Below, piece after piece: positions 9,892 through 19,631 of a stretch of DNA of 64,000 nucleotides. The position numbers were made by a program, and so were the translations under genes. A model generated the notes under the pieces. It had not been told where the DNA came from and did not search any database. It was given only the letters and a program-made list of their open reading frames with translations. The stretch is from positions 25,170 through 89,169 of the forward strand of contig JAGVBZ010000014.1 in assembly GCA_020059465.1 (NCBI GenBank). The letters are read 5' to 3'. Within the stretch, counting starts at the first letter, position 1, and every line of letters begins with the position of its first letter. Source of the DNA: Brevinematales bacterium (GTDB lineage Bacteria; Spirochaetota; Brevinematia; Brevinematales; GWF1-51-8).

Positions 9892-10195
9892 TCTCGGCTC
9901 CTCTTTCTCTCACGAGAATCTTTCTCGCGATACCTCTGCCGATTGCGAGACGGCTCTCGTCCACCATGACGAGAATCGGGCCGAACCCCTGATTGGACAG
10001 CATTTCCAGTTCCTTGCCGATGCGAAGCCCCATTGTTTCGAGACGATGTACCCCGCCCTCCCATCCAATACCTCCATGCCAGTGTCCGTGCCCCTCGTGC
10101 GGTGTGTCGTTGTGATGGAGGGAAGAATGATGCTTATGGTCTATCGATGAAACAATTACTTTTTCACCGTTTTTAACGCTTTCCAGGCTGCGCAT
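9872..10195 (-). CDS. feoA: FeoA family protein with His-rich insertion
   Basis: FeoA/SH3-like core (LESVKNGEKVIVSSI...RLETMGLRIGKELEML...ILVMVDESRLAIGRGIARKILV). It overlaps the feoB start. Start chosen at ATG 10195 with GAGGT 5 nt upstream; the track ORF starts at 10261. Confidence 0.75.
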   Translation of the reverse strand: MRSLESVKNGEKVIVSSIDHKHHSSLHHNDTPHEGHGHWHGGIGWEGGVHRLETMGLRIGKELEMLSNQGFGPILVMVDESRLAIGRGIARKILVRERGAENETSIS

Positions 10196-10232
10196 TTTTA
10201 CCTCGATATTAGTCTCTTCTAACATTATTAGT

Positions 10233-10261
10233 AATATATAATATTTTTCGGTGTTTGTCAA
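10233..10261 (-). promoter_or_regulatory. sigma70-type promoter for feoAB (TTGACA-17-TATATT)
   Basis: The minus strand reads cTTGACAaacaccgaaaaatattaTATATTac about 35 nt upstream of the feoA start. Confidence 0.4.
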
Positions 10262-10304
10262 GAGGTTTTATAAATATTTATAAGTTTTCAGCGAATGGAG
10301 AAAA

Positions 10305-11609
10305 CTAATTGACCGATAACGGCGCGGTCAATTTTTTATCGCCGTAACCGAGTTTCTGGAAGCTGATTTTCGTTTCTTTTTCAATTCGTTTCATCAATTC
10401 GATCTGTTTCGCCTTCCATACCTGATTGGCGGGAGCGCCGCCCATGATTTCAACAAGTCCCATATATGCCGGTTCCCATGTCCACGACATTTCGGGATTA
10501 TTCGGCATCGAGATTGCTTTTCCCGCGGCGGTCTTGAATATCTGCGCGATAGGGTCGCCCGATACTTCGGAATAAGCGTACGCGCCCTTATTGGCGGGGG
10601 TTTGTTTGCCGATCTTCGCAAAGTATCTCCCCATTGCGGCGCTCGTGAAATATTTGATAACCTCGGCGGACGCGGCCTGATCCTTAGTGCATGACGCCAT
10701 ATAAAATCCTTCGACGGTCAGGAAGGGTATCGCCTGAGTGTCGATCTCGTCGATGATCGGAAGTTCCGCGACACCGTAGTCGATATTTTCCGCAATCGCG
10801 CCCCGGAACCATTGCCCGGATATCGCGAAAAGGGTCTTGTTCATATTGAACGAGTAAAGAATCTCCTGCTCGTCGGCGCTATGAATTTTCCCGGACTGCA
10901 CGAGTTTTCGGACAAACTCCGCGGCTGTGATCATCGGGTGGGAGTAGAGCAGGGGTAAAAATATCGGGAATCCCTTCTTATTCATTCCGATTTGACGGAA
11001 AAAAGTACCGCCCCACGCCTGAACCCACATTGTGTGATAATAGATATTCCCGGCGACATAGGACAATCCCCATACGGCGGCGTCGGGTTTCTGGAACTTC
11101 TGCGCGGCCGCGATCAGCTCGCTCAATTTTTTAGGGGGGTTGGTGATAAACCTTTTATTATAAAACAGCGCGATATTCTTGAACGATCCCGGCAGCGCCC
11201 ATAACGCGCCGTCGTACATATAATTAAACGCCTTCAGGGTATTTCCGAAATATTGTTCGGTGACCGAACTGTCGACAAAACTTTCGATCGGCAGGATAAG
11301 CTGGCGTTCAGCCCAGTCCCCGACCGCGTCATGCGGAAAAACGAACACGTCCGGGCCGTCCTCTCCGCTCTGTCCCATATTAACTGCGGATATGACCGTC
11401 CGGAGCTTGTCGTTGATCGCGTCGAACGGCACCGGAAGGAGCTTGACCTGTATTTCACTGTGGGAGAGGTTGAACATCTCGGTAACTTTATTAATAGCGT
11501 CGGCCTCCCCCGCGCGGTAAGCGTGCCAGAGATTGATCACTACGAGTTTCGGGAACAGGTTTCCGGCGGATAATAGTACGAATGCGGTAATGAGAAATAT
11601 TTTTTTCAT
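10305..11609 (-). CDS. ABC transporter extracellular solute-binding protein (family 1, sugar-type), orphan
   Basis: Signal peptide, then MalE-like features (VINLWHAY...DAINDKL...GPDVFVFPHD..., 434 aa). No permease or ATPase genes are adjacent. Confidence 0.8.
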   Translation of the reverse strand: MKKIFLITAFVLLSAGNLFPKLVVINLWHAYRAGEADAINKVTEMFNLSHSEIQVKLLPVPFDAINDKLRTVISAVNMGQSGEDGPDVFVFPHDAVGDWAERQLILPIESFVDSSVTEQYFGNTLKAFNYMYDGALWALPGSFKNIALFYNKRFITNPPKKLSELIAAAQKFQKPDAAVWGLSYVAGNIYYHTMWVQAWGGTFFRQIGMNKKGFPIFLPLLYSHPMITAAEFVRKLVQSGKIHSADEQEILYSFNMNKTLFAISGQWFRGAIAENIDYGVAELPIIDEIDTQAIPFLTVEGFYMASCTKDQAASAEVIKYFTSAAMGRYFAKIGKQTPANKGAYAYSEVSGDPIAQIFKTAAGKAISMPNNPEMSWTWEPAYMGLVEIMGGAPANQVWKAKQIELMKRIEKETKISFQKLGYGDKKLTAPLSVN

Positions 11610-12142
11610 GATTCATCCTTTATTGAGTATTTTTTCAGTATACCGCCGATAAACCCGAAAAGTTCTTCCATTGTCGCGGGCGGTACAGGGTAGTCCGCGA
11701 ATACGCGGTCGGGCGCGTCGATATATTTCCGGTCGGGATGGGCGTAATGGCGGTCGCGGATAGCCTTCAGGTTCTCCCGCACGGGAAGATAGGTATCGAA
11801 AGATCTCCGGTCGGCGGGTAAATCTTCCACCGTAAAAAGATTCGGGTGATTTTCGGCAAATTTCAGCAGTTTATCGAACGATACCGAGTCCTTATGGGAA
11901 TCGGTCAGCCGGATGAGCGAGAGCATCGCGGAGTCGAAGTGCGCGCGGGTGTTCAGACTGTCGTACGGGGGCGGTACCGGGTCGCCGGACAGGTAACAGT
12001 TTTTCCATATCATGAAATGGGCGTATCCGGCGGTGAGATCCCGCAGGAGAAAGTCACGCAGGATACGGAATTCCCCGCGAAGTCCGGCGCGTTTCGCTTT
12101 ACTGTCGGGCATTTTTGTCTCCCATTCGTAAAAATCCGGCAT
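11606..12142 (-). CDS. hypothetical protein, possible HEPN (AbiU2/AbiV-like) domain
   Basis: 178-aa ORF overlapping the downstream SBP gene by 4 nt. It contains LKAIRDRHYAHPDRKY, which fits the HEPN Rx4-6H motif in an Abi-like context. The family call is tentative. Confidence 0.5.
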   Translation of the reverse strand: MPDFYEWETKMPDSKAKRAGLRGEFRILRDFLLRDLTAGYAHFMIWKNCYLSGDPVPPPYDSLNTRAHFDSAMLSLIRLTDSHKDSVSFDKLLKFAENHPNLFTVEDLPADRRSFDTYLPVRENLKAIRDRHYAHPDRKYIDAPDRVFADYPVPPATMEELFGFIGGILKKYSIKDES

Positions 12143-12269
12143 AAAGGAAAATATCTATAATAGTGAATATACCTTGTCATTGGGGGTTCAAACGCGCAAT
12201 CTGATTCAGAGATTTATATTATCAACCCGGCTGTCTCGTCCCTCAAGGCCTCGAAGCGGCATACTTATA

Positions 12270-12584
12270 CTATATATCCTCCGACAGAAACACGGCCGCG
12301 GCCGGCGAAAGGATTTTCGCTTTATGACCGTTTTCCCGGCCGGGCGGGATCAGGATAGCGTCCCCGGTCGAGTAACCGACGGGCGTCCCGCAGAAATCGA
12401 TCTCGATCTCGCCGTCGATCACATACCCGGTATGCCCCTTCAGGCACTAGTTCGGTTCGACGAAGTCACGGGAGTATTCGACAAGGCGAAGCTGTTTCCC
12501 GCCCGATACGTACCGCTTGAAACGCACGCCCTTCATCGGGAATTCCCATTCGAGCGCGGAAAAGTCGGCCTTATTCGGATGCAT
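12270..12584 (-). pseudogene. cupin-domain protein interrupted by an in-frame TAG
   Basis: Minus-strand translation reads MHPNKADFSALEWEFPMKGVRFKRYVSGGKQLRLVEYSRDFVEPN*CLKGHTGYVIDGEIEIDFCGTPVGYSTGDAILIPPGRENGHKAKILSPAAAVFLSEDI*. The TAG at 12447-12449 sits where related cupins carry Trp (xxWCxKGH). Confidence 0.65.
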
Positions 12585-12586
12585 CG

Positions 12587-14122
12587 TCACTCCCATTCGA
12601 TGGTAGCGGGGGGCTTGGACGTAATATCGTACACCACCCTGTTGACCTCGCGGATCTGGCGGACAATCGTGTTCGCGGCCTCGTCGAGAAGCTCGTACGG
12701 GAGATGCCCCCAGTTCGCGGTCATCGCGTCCACACTGGTCACCGCCCGGAGCGCGATTACGTTCCCGTAGGCGCGTTCGTCGCCCATTACCCCGACGCTC
12801 TTTACCGGGAGGAATACCGCGAACGCCTGCCAGACCTTGTCGTACCAATCGTATTTATGCAGCATATCGATGAATATTTTATCGGCCTTGCGGAGGATGT
12901 CGAGTTTATCGCGCGTGATATCGTCGAGGACCCGTACGGCGAGGCCGGGGCCGGGGAACGGGTGACGGTTCAGGATATTTTCAGGGATACCGAGAAGGCG
13001 CGCGACTTCGCGGACTTCGTCCTTGAACAGGAACCGGAACGGCTCGAGGATTCGCCCCTCTTTTTCGAGTTTTTCCACTTCCGCTACGCGGTTATGATGG
13101 GTCTTGATCGTGCGCGACGGCCCCTTCACAGGATTGCTCTCGATCACATCCGGGTAAAGCGTGCCCTGAACGAGGTAGTCGAAGTTTTTCAGCGCGCCCC
13201 AGAATACGTCGATAAATACCTTTCCGATAATCTTCCGCTTCTTCTCAGGGTCTTTCTCGCCCTTGAGTGCGTTGAGGAATTTATCGGAAGCGTCGATATA
13301 ATTGATATTCAGACCGAGACGTTCTCGGAGGCTATTAAGCACCTCGGTCTCCTCGTCCATCCGGAGCAGCCCGTTATTGACGAATACAGACTCGGCATGG
13401 TCGCCGAGTGCGCGGTTGATCAGTACCGCGAGGGTAGTGGAATCCACACCGCCCGATACTCCGAGCACTACTTTTTTATCCCTGCATACCTCGCGGATAT
13501 CGGAAATCTGTTTCTCGATAAAGTCCTGCATATCCCAGTTTTTCTTCATCCCGCAGATTCCGAACACGAAATTCGACAGGATAACCGAGCCTTGAAACGT
13601 GTGGGCGACTTCCGGATGGAACTGCACCGCGAAAATTTTACGCGGAAGGTTCTGGATTGCGGCGAGGTCGTTATCCGATGTGCCCGCGATACGCTCGAAG
13701 CCCGGCGCAAGGCGTATTACCGAATCCCCGTGGCTCATCCATACCACACCGTCGTCCTTCACATTCTTCAGGAGCGGCGATTCGGGACGTTCGATCTTCA
13801 TGACCGAGCGTCCGTATTCCCTGTTCAGGGACTGTTCGACCTGTCCGCCCAAGAGGAACGACATGAGCTGCATACCGTAGCAGATACCGAGTATCGGGAC
13901 GCCGATATCGAAAAAGTCCGCCGGAAGGAGAGGTGCGTCGGAGTCGCGTACGGAGGAAGGCCCTCCCGATAGAATAATGCCCGCGGGGGATAGTTCGCGG
14001 ATACCCTCTTTACCGATGGAATAAGGATAGATTTCGGAATAAACCCCCAGTTCGCGGATTCGCCGCGCGATCAACTGGGTATATTGCGATCCGAAGTCCA
14101 GGATTACGATGGAATGCTTCAT
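12587..14122 (-). CDS. guaA: GMP synthase (glutamine-hydrolysing)
   Basis: GATase domain (GICYGMQL), ATP-PPase SGGVDS motif, and a C-terminal ...KPPATIEWE typical of GuaA. Confidence 0.95.
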   Translation of the reverse strand: MKHSIVILDFGSQYTQLIARRIRELGVYSEIYPYSIGKEGIRELSPAGIILSGGPSSVRDSDAPLLPADFFDIGVPILGICYGMQLMSFLLGGQVEQSLNREYGRSVMKIERPESPLLKNVKDDGVVWMSHGDSVIRLAPGFERIAGTSDNDLAAIQNLPRKIFAVQFHPEVAHTFQGSVILSNFVFGICGMKKNWDMQDFIEKQISDIREVCRDKKVVLGVSGGVDSTTLAVLINRALGDHAESVFVNNGLLRMDEETEVLNSLRERLGLNINYIDASDKFLNALKGEKDPEKKRKIIGKVFIDVFWGALKNFDYLVQGTLYPDVIESNPVKGPSRTIKTHHNRVAEVEKLEKEGRILEPFRFLFKDEVREVARLLGIPENILNRHPFPGPGLAVRVLDDITRDKLDILRKADKIFIDMLHKYDWYDKVWQAFAVFLPVKSVGVMGDERAYGNVIALRAVTSVDAMTANWGHLPYELLDEAANTIVRQIREVNRVVYDITSKPPATIEWE

Positions 14123-14140
14123 TTTTACCTCAATTTTGGG

Positions 14141-14836
14141 TCAGAATAACCGGACACCCTCGTCATCCTCCTCCTCATCGGTATGACTGATATCGATGAT
14201 TTTTTTATTGGAGAAACGTTCGGTGACACGGTATAATTTCAGTTTCCCGAATTTTTTTATCATAACGCTCAATTCGTCGGAGCCGTCGATAATAATATCG
14301 ATCATTTCGTGAAGCTGGTCGTTCGACGGGGTAATTCCGCGTTCGCGCAGGCTCCGCAGGGTTTTTACCGCGCCGAGTACGGCGGTCAGGGGCTGGCCCA
14401 CATAATGCTCGACTGAAAATCCCACATGCGACGCGACCAAATTGCTTTTCATATGACAGCGCTCTTTAAATAGAAAAATATTTGCCGTCTTTATCAGCAG
14501 TTCGTACGGCTGAATAGGTTTTATCAGCAGGTCCATCGCGCCGGCTTTCTTCGCGCGCCGTATCGTTTCGATATCGGCTTCTTTACATACCGGAACGACA
14601 GCGACTTCAAATGTATGCTCGTTGTCATATATTTCGCGGCAAAGTGTTTCCCAATCGAGACCCGGAAAACCGGTATCTATGAAAACCAAGTCGGGCAATT
14701 CCCGTTCGATAATCTCTTTGATTCCGTCGGGGTTATCGTATAGAGCGACATTATAGCCCTCGGAGATAAACGCCTGAAGAAAGGCTTCCCGCTCCGCCGG
14801 GTCGCCCTCGAAAACCATAATTCGCGAACCTGTCAT
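14141..14836 (-). CDS. response-regulator receiver domain fused to a HisKA-like helical domain (no ATPase domain)
   Basis: REC features (IMVFEGD, LVFIDTGFPGLD, LLIKP). These are followed by an H-box-like segment, SHVGFSVEHYVGQPLTAVLGAVKTL, and a short helical tail. Confidence 0.7.
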   Translation of the reverse strand: MTGSRIMVFEGDPAEREAFLQAFISEGYNVALYDNPDGIKEIIERELPDLVFIDTGFPGLDWETLCREIYDNEHTFEVAVVPVCKEADIETIRRAKKAGAMDLLIKPIQPYELLIKTANIFLFKERCHMKSNLVASHVGFSVEHYVGQPLTAVLGAVKTLRSLRERGITPSNDQLHEMIDIIIDGSDELSVMIKKFGKLKLYRVTERFSNKKIIDISHTDEEEDDEGVRLF

Positions 14837-14849
14837 CGAAAAACTCCTA

Positions 14850-17114
14850 TCAGAGTATTTTCATGATGAGCAGGGTAATATCGTCGCTTTGGGGCGCTTT
14901 CGCTGTAAACTCTTTGAGATCGGCGATAATTCCCCTGCTCATCGAGTCCAAATCGTCCGACGCGTATTTCATGATGGCGCGGTAGAAACGGTCGCTGCCG
15001 TACTCCTCGCCAGTTGCCGATTTCGCCTCGATGATACCGTCGGTATACTGCAGGAAATAATCCCCCTTTCTCAGAGAAGCCTTGAATAACTCTATCTGCG
15101 GATCGAATATCGCGCTGTCCATAATACCCACCGGAAGACCACCTGTCTTCAGCAGGCGCATTTTCTTATCGTCGGAATTGAACAGGATACCCTGCTCGTG
15201 TCCCGCGATCGAGTAGATCATCTCGCATTTTTTTATATCCAGTACTCCGTAAAATACGGTGGCGAACATATTGGGCGGCGAGTCGCGGAGAAGGATGGGA
15301 TTGATATGCTTGAGTACCTTCGACGGATCCATTTTCTGCCCGGCGGCGTTACGCAGGGCGGAACGGAGCACAGCCATCACGATGGCGGCGCCTACGCCGT
15401 GATTGGTCACATCGGCCACCACGATGCCGAGATGGTCGGGATCGCTGTCGAGGAAGTCGTAGTAATCCCCGCCCGATTCGGTCTGGGGCTCGTAGTAATG
15501 TGCGAACTTATAGCCCGGCAGTTCCGGGAGCGAGGACGGCAGGATCGCGGTCTGTATTTCCATCGCGACGCGAAGTTCCTCTTCCATACGCGCTTTATCG
15601 GTGATCTCGAGGAACGCCTTCTTCAGGTTTCGGGTCATGATGTTGAATTTGTCGGCAAGCTGTCCGAGCTCGTCATGATTCTTTATCAGTACTTCGTTAT
15701 CGAGCTTACCGATATCCCCCTTGGCGACACCGTCCGCGATCTCGTCGGTACCCTGCGCGAGGGTGTTCAGCGGGCGTATGATGAAGCTGACGACGAAGAA
15801 GGTGACCACGAGCATACGGAGGATAAACAAAATCGCGATATCGACGGTCTGGTTCGCGATTTTTTCGCGTTCGGCCTGAATCTTGTCCATTTTCAGCAGG
15901 ATTCGTACGCTGCCGAGGCGGAATATATTGTATACGCTCCGGAACGTGTTTTCCGCGAGGAATTGGCTGACAGTCCCGTCGACCGACATCGATTTCTCGA
16001 ACGCCTTCAGGTTGTCGACCAACTGCGAGAACAGGGAAGTGTAGTAGGTGCGCTTCACAGGATACCAGATCATCTGGCTCTGTTTGATCTTTTTTACTTT
16101 ATCTAAAATTTCCTTATCGAACGCCTCGGTGGTCTTTTTATCGGAGGTCATATAACGGTTCAGGAATTGCCGGAGATACGCGACGAACTTCAATTCATTC
16201 TTGATGGTGTCGGTTATCAGGTTCTTGTTTTCGAAAAGCCGTTTCTTATCCTTCATATCCTTGAATTTTGCAACTGTTTCGTTCGGCAGTCCGTACAGCG
16301 GGAGAATTTTCAACAGCCGGTCGATAGTATCTTTCTTGAGATCGAATTCGTATCCGCCGAGATAATCCTGAAAGTTCTTATTCATATCCCGCAGAAACTG
16401 GATATCCGATGCGCTCAGGCTTTCGTCTTTCATCAGGGTCTGGGAAAGCGCGGAGAGTTCCTTTTTATCGCTGTAGACCAATTCGTAGAGCTTATTGAAT
16501 AAAAAGACCATCGAAAGGTTGTTTTTCAGCTCCTCGGGATACTGATCGAGGGCGAATAACTTACGGTTTTTATACTGTTCGAAGAAATTTTTAAAATTAT
16601 GCAATTCGGACACCCCGAATTCGTCCGAAAGATAGACGGGCAGGAATCCGTCGATATAGTAGTTCACCCCCTCGGCGTTGGAGTTGTTCAGGAGATGGGG
16701 AAGCTCCTCGAAGCCGCTTTCCAGGAATAGCTGGTTCTTCGTCGCGATTTGTTTACCGATATTCTCCGGCTGGGAATGCACGATAATCGTGCCCTCGTTG
16801 TCGACAAACATGGCCATCCAGAAACTTGGGATAGTCTCATAAGAGTTGAGGAACTGCTGGACAGTAAACCGGTCGTTCCGTTCGAAGATGGAGCTTGAGA
16901 CGGTCTGCTTAAACGTGTTCAGGTAGACGGACATGGTTTCAGCCATCTGATCGTCGAGGATTTTATTCTGGTATTGGATGATAAAATTCGCCGTGATTGC
17001 GACCGTGAAGATCAGAAGGAAAAACACCAGAATGGAGATTTTTATTTTCAGCGTAAAACGCATCTTACGAATGTCGGTTTTCTGCGGCGCTTTCTTTTTC
17101 GTTGACGGGCTCAT
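14850..17114 (-). CDS. membrane sensor with HAMP domain and PP2C/SpoIIE-type phosphatase domain
   Basis: N-terminal TM segment, a roughly 400-aa extracytoplasmic region, a second TM segment, then HAMP (IIRPLNTLAQGTDEIADG). This is followed by a SpoIIE signature (AMEIQTAILPS...SGGDYYDF...VADVTNHGVGAA...DDITLL). Confidence 0.85.
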   Translation of the reverse strand: MSPSTKKKAPQKTDIRKMRFTLKIKISILVFFLLIFTVAITANFIIQYQNKILDDQMAETMSVYLNTFKQTVSSSIFERNDRFTVQQFLNSYETIPSFWMAMFVDNEGTIIVHSQPENIGKQIATKNQLFLESGFEELPHLLNNSNAEGVNYYIDGFLPVYLSDEFGVSELHNFKNFFEQYKNRKLFALDQYPEELKNNLSMVFLFNKLYELVYSDKKELSALSQTLMKDESLSASDIQFLRDMNKNFQDYLGGYEFDLKKDTIDRLLKILPLYGLPNETVAKFKDMKDKKRLFENKNLITDTIKNELKFVAYLRQFLNRYMTSDKKTTEAFDKEILDKVKKIKQSQMIWYPVKRTYYTSLFSQLVDNLKAFEKSMSVDGTVSQFLAENTFRSVYNIFRLGSVRILLKMDKIQAEREKIANQTVDIAILFILRMLVVTFFVVSFIIRPLNTLAQGTDEIADGVAKGDIGKLDNEVLIKNHDELGQLADKFNIMTRNLKKAFLEITDKARMEEELRVAMEIQTAILPSSLPELPGYKFAHYYEPQTESGGDYYDFLDSDPDHLGIVVADVTNHGVGAAIVMAVLRSALRNAAGQKMDPSKVLKHINPILLRDSPPNMFATVFYGVLDIKKCEMIYSIAGHEQGILFNSDDKKMRLLKTGGLPVGIMDSAIFDPQIELFKASLRKGDYFLQYTDGIIEAKSATGEEYGSDRFYRAIMKYASDDLDSMSRGIIADLKEFTAKAPQSDDITLLIMKIL

Positions 17115-17144
17115 AATATCTCCTTCAGGGTGTATATCCCGCGA

Positions 17145-19631
17145 TTAGGACGGGTTAATTATATCGTCGATGATTTTTCTAAAATGGTTCAGAGTAAACG
17201 GCTTATCGATAAAACCCTTCACAAAGTCATATTTACTGAAATCGCTGCGGGCGAATTCCTCGAAATGCCCTGTGGAAATAACCACAGGTGTGCGGTTGTT
17301 TTTCTGCTGAAGTTTCTCGAGAAGATACCGCCCGTCGAAATCCGGCATAATCATATCTAAAATTATAATGTCAAATTGATTTTCCTTCAAAACAAATTCG
17401 GCTTTTTTTCCATTTATCGCGATTTTTGATTCGTGACCCATCAGATTAAGGAATTTTTGACCCAGTTTACGGATATTCGGGTCGTCATCTACGATCAGCA
17501 CACTCTTTTTTGACACTGATTTTTCAATCCCATCGACCGTCATATCCTTCTGCATATCCTGCTCGTACAGGGGAAGGTAGATAAAAAACACTGTGCCCTG
17601 ATTAGGGAAGCTCTCGAAATCGACCGCTCCGTGAAACCGCTGAACAGTGCTGTAAACTATTGCCAGCCCCAAACCGATTCCTTTTGTACTGCCGCGCTCC
17701 TTGGTACTGAAAAACGGGTCGAAAATAGTGTCCCGCTGGTCGGCGGAAATACCCTTCCCGTTATCTGTGAACGATATTCGGATATAGGAAAGCTCTGATT
17801 TGAGCTTCAGACGGGCGCTGAGAGAATCGGACGGTTTGATTATTTCGGTAGACACCTCGATTTTTCCGATTTTTTCCTGAGATATTGCGTCGCGCGCGTT
17901 CAGCAGAATATTGAGGCATGCCTGAATCAATTGACCGTTATCCCCCAGAATAAAGTTGGATTGAGTCAGGATGTTATTCAGGATACGGATATGCTTCGGG
18001 AAGGTGTTTTTCGCTATTTTTATCACATTGGAGAGCGTATCCTCGACCAGAACCGGTTCGAGTTGAGCGTCCTCCTTCCGTGAAAAATTCAGGATTTGTT
18101 TGATCAGTTCAGACGCCCGCAGCGCGGCGTTATAGATCGAGTCGATCTGTTCTTTACGTTTTTCCTCGTTCTTGGTAAAACGGAATATATCGAGGTTACC
18201 GATGATGATCGTCAGAAGGTTATTGAAATCATGCGCGAAACCACCCGCAAGTATGCCGATCGTTTCCTGCTTCTGGGTCTGGAGCAGTTGTTCCTCCATC
18301 AGAGACTGCTGGGTGACATCTATCAGTATGAAAGCAAAACCGACGAGCTCCTCTTCGGACATCAGACGATAGATATATATATTAAAAATGTAAACCGACT
18401 TTTCCTTCATGATTCGCTTTCCGATGATTGTCGCGGAATTTGCGGAAGATGTGCGGTATCTTTCATAGACACTCTGTTCCTCGGGCGAAAAGGTAATAAT
18501 TTCCGAAAGATTCATCTTTTTTTCCAGATCGTTGGTTTTTCCGAAAAAATCAACCGCCGTATCATTGATCATGACGACGCCTTCTTCCAGATCGGTAGTA
18601 ATAATCAGATTGGGAAAGGAATTAATAATGTTGTCATAATAGTCTTTTATCTTCTTTTCGATCTGAATTTCCATTTGTATCCGTTTCAGCAGTTCGGAGA
18701 TGCTTTTACGGATTTGAGAGAACTCTTCGTAATACGGATCGGGATGTCTCAAAAAGTTTTTCAGGTCCATCTGCAGGACGTCATTCCTCAGTAAGTTGAC
18801 AGGACGGACCTCGAGAAAGTATCCGAGGATGGTTCTGAGAGTAATCAGAATAATGATCACGATAAAAAACACCATAAAAATAAGCGGAAATTTATCGCCC
18901 GGAGACTGATACGAGTCGGTTCTCATAATCAGATGGGCATAAAGATTTAATACGGGAATGTAGTTAAGTATATGATAATAGGATTTTGAATCGATAGTGA
19001 GATTTCCTTCTTCCATTGTAATATTTTTATACGGGAACGAGTGGGTCGGGTCAAGAAGAATCATTCCATCCTTCGATGTTAAAATCAGGGAACCCTGATA
19101 GCCCTCAAGAAAGTACTCTCTAAACTCAGGAATCGTCGAAAGATTAAGATGAGCGATGTATGTCCGGGATGAGTTTTTATACACAAGCGCGATCGTTCGT
19201 TCTTTAGTCAGAATCGAGTAAAACGGGCCGTAGTAATAGACCATATTGTCCTTAAAACGGATTAAGTCACGGTATAATTCGCCTAAACTGATATCGAAAT
19301 CGTTGTAATAGACGAATTGACTGCTGCGTTTATAGACCTCCAACACTTTTCCGTCGGGTGAGACCGAGTAGAAATCCTTAAAATGCGTCAGGGGGGATTG
19401 GGAGATGGTGAGGGGGGAGGAGACTATCAGTTCGAATTTATCTTTCTCGGAATGGAACAGATAATTGATGTGGGTCAGAATACGGTCGAAGTCGTCCCGA
19501 AAGTCTTTTTGGACGCTCTGATTTTTCATCGATATGAAAACAAAATAAAACACGGCGATAGTGATAAAGATCAATATTATAGAGAAAACATTCAGAAGCA
19601 GGAAGTTCCTGCCGAAATTTTTATTCTTCAT
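17145..19631 (-). CDS. hybrid sensor histidine kinase/response regulator
   Basis: Periplasmic sensor region between two TM segments, a PAS-like region, H-box [12 protein letters not shown], HATPase ([16 protein letters not shown]), and a C-terminal REC (VLIVDDD...[11 protein letters not shown]). Start set at [10 protein letters not shown] (19631) to avoid overlapping the upstream gene; the track start is 19682. Confidence 0.85.
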   Translation of the reverse strand: MKNKNFGRNFLLLNVFSIILIFITIAVFYFVFISMKNQSVQKDFRDDFDRILTHINYLFHSEKDKFELIVSSPLTISQSPLTHFKDFYSVSPDGKVLEVYKRSSQFVYYNDFDISLGELYRDLIRFKDNMVYYYGPFYSILTKERTIALVYKNSSRTYIAHLNLSTIPEFREYFLEGYQGSLILTSKDGMILLDPTHSFPYKNITMEEGNLTIDSKSYYHILNYIPVLNLYAHLIMRTDSYQSPGDKFPLIFMVFFIVIIILITLRTILGYFLEVRPVNLLRNDVLQMDLKNFLRHPDPYYEEFSQIRKSISELLKRIQMEIQIEKKIKDYYDNIINSFPNLIITTDLEEGVVMINDTAVDFFGKTNDLEKKMNLSEIITFSPEEQSVYERYRTSSANSATIIGKRIMKEKSVYIFNIYIYRLMSEEELVGFAFILIDVTQQSLMEEQLLQTQKQETIGILAGGFAHDFNNLLTIIIGNLDIFRFTKNEEKRKEQIDSIYNAALRASELIKQILNFSRKEDAQLEPVLVEDTLSNVIKIAKNTFPKHIRILNNILTQSNFILGDNGQLIQACLNILLNARDAISQEKIGKIEVSTEIIKPSDSLSARLKLKSELSYIRISFTDNGKGISADQRDTIFDPFFSTKERGSTKGIGLGLAIVYSTVQRFHGAVDFESFPNQGTVFFIYLPLYEQDMQKDMTVDGIEKSVSKKSVLIVDDDPNIRKLGQKFLNLMGHESKIAINGKKAEFVLKENQFDIIILDMIMPDFDGRYLLEKLQQKNNRTPVVISTGHFEEFARSDFSKYDFVKGFIDKPFTLNHFRKIIDDIINPS

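Noticed and set aside
12174-12770. 198-aa plus-strand ORF
   Set aside because: It overlaps the cupin pseudogene and the 3' end of guaA in antisense. The translation is Arg/Ser/Pro-rich and low-complexity.
12704-13972. 422-aa plus-strand ORF
   Set aside because: It lies entirely antisense to guaA, whose identity is unambiguous. The translation is Arg/Glu/Val-rich with no recognisable motifs, so it is a shadow ORF.
15198-16106. 302-aa plus-strand ORF
   Set aside because: It is antisense to the HAMP-SpoIIE phosphatase gene and is a shadow ORF.
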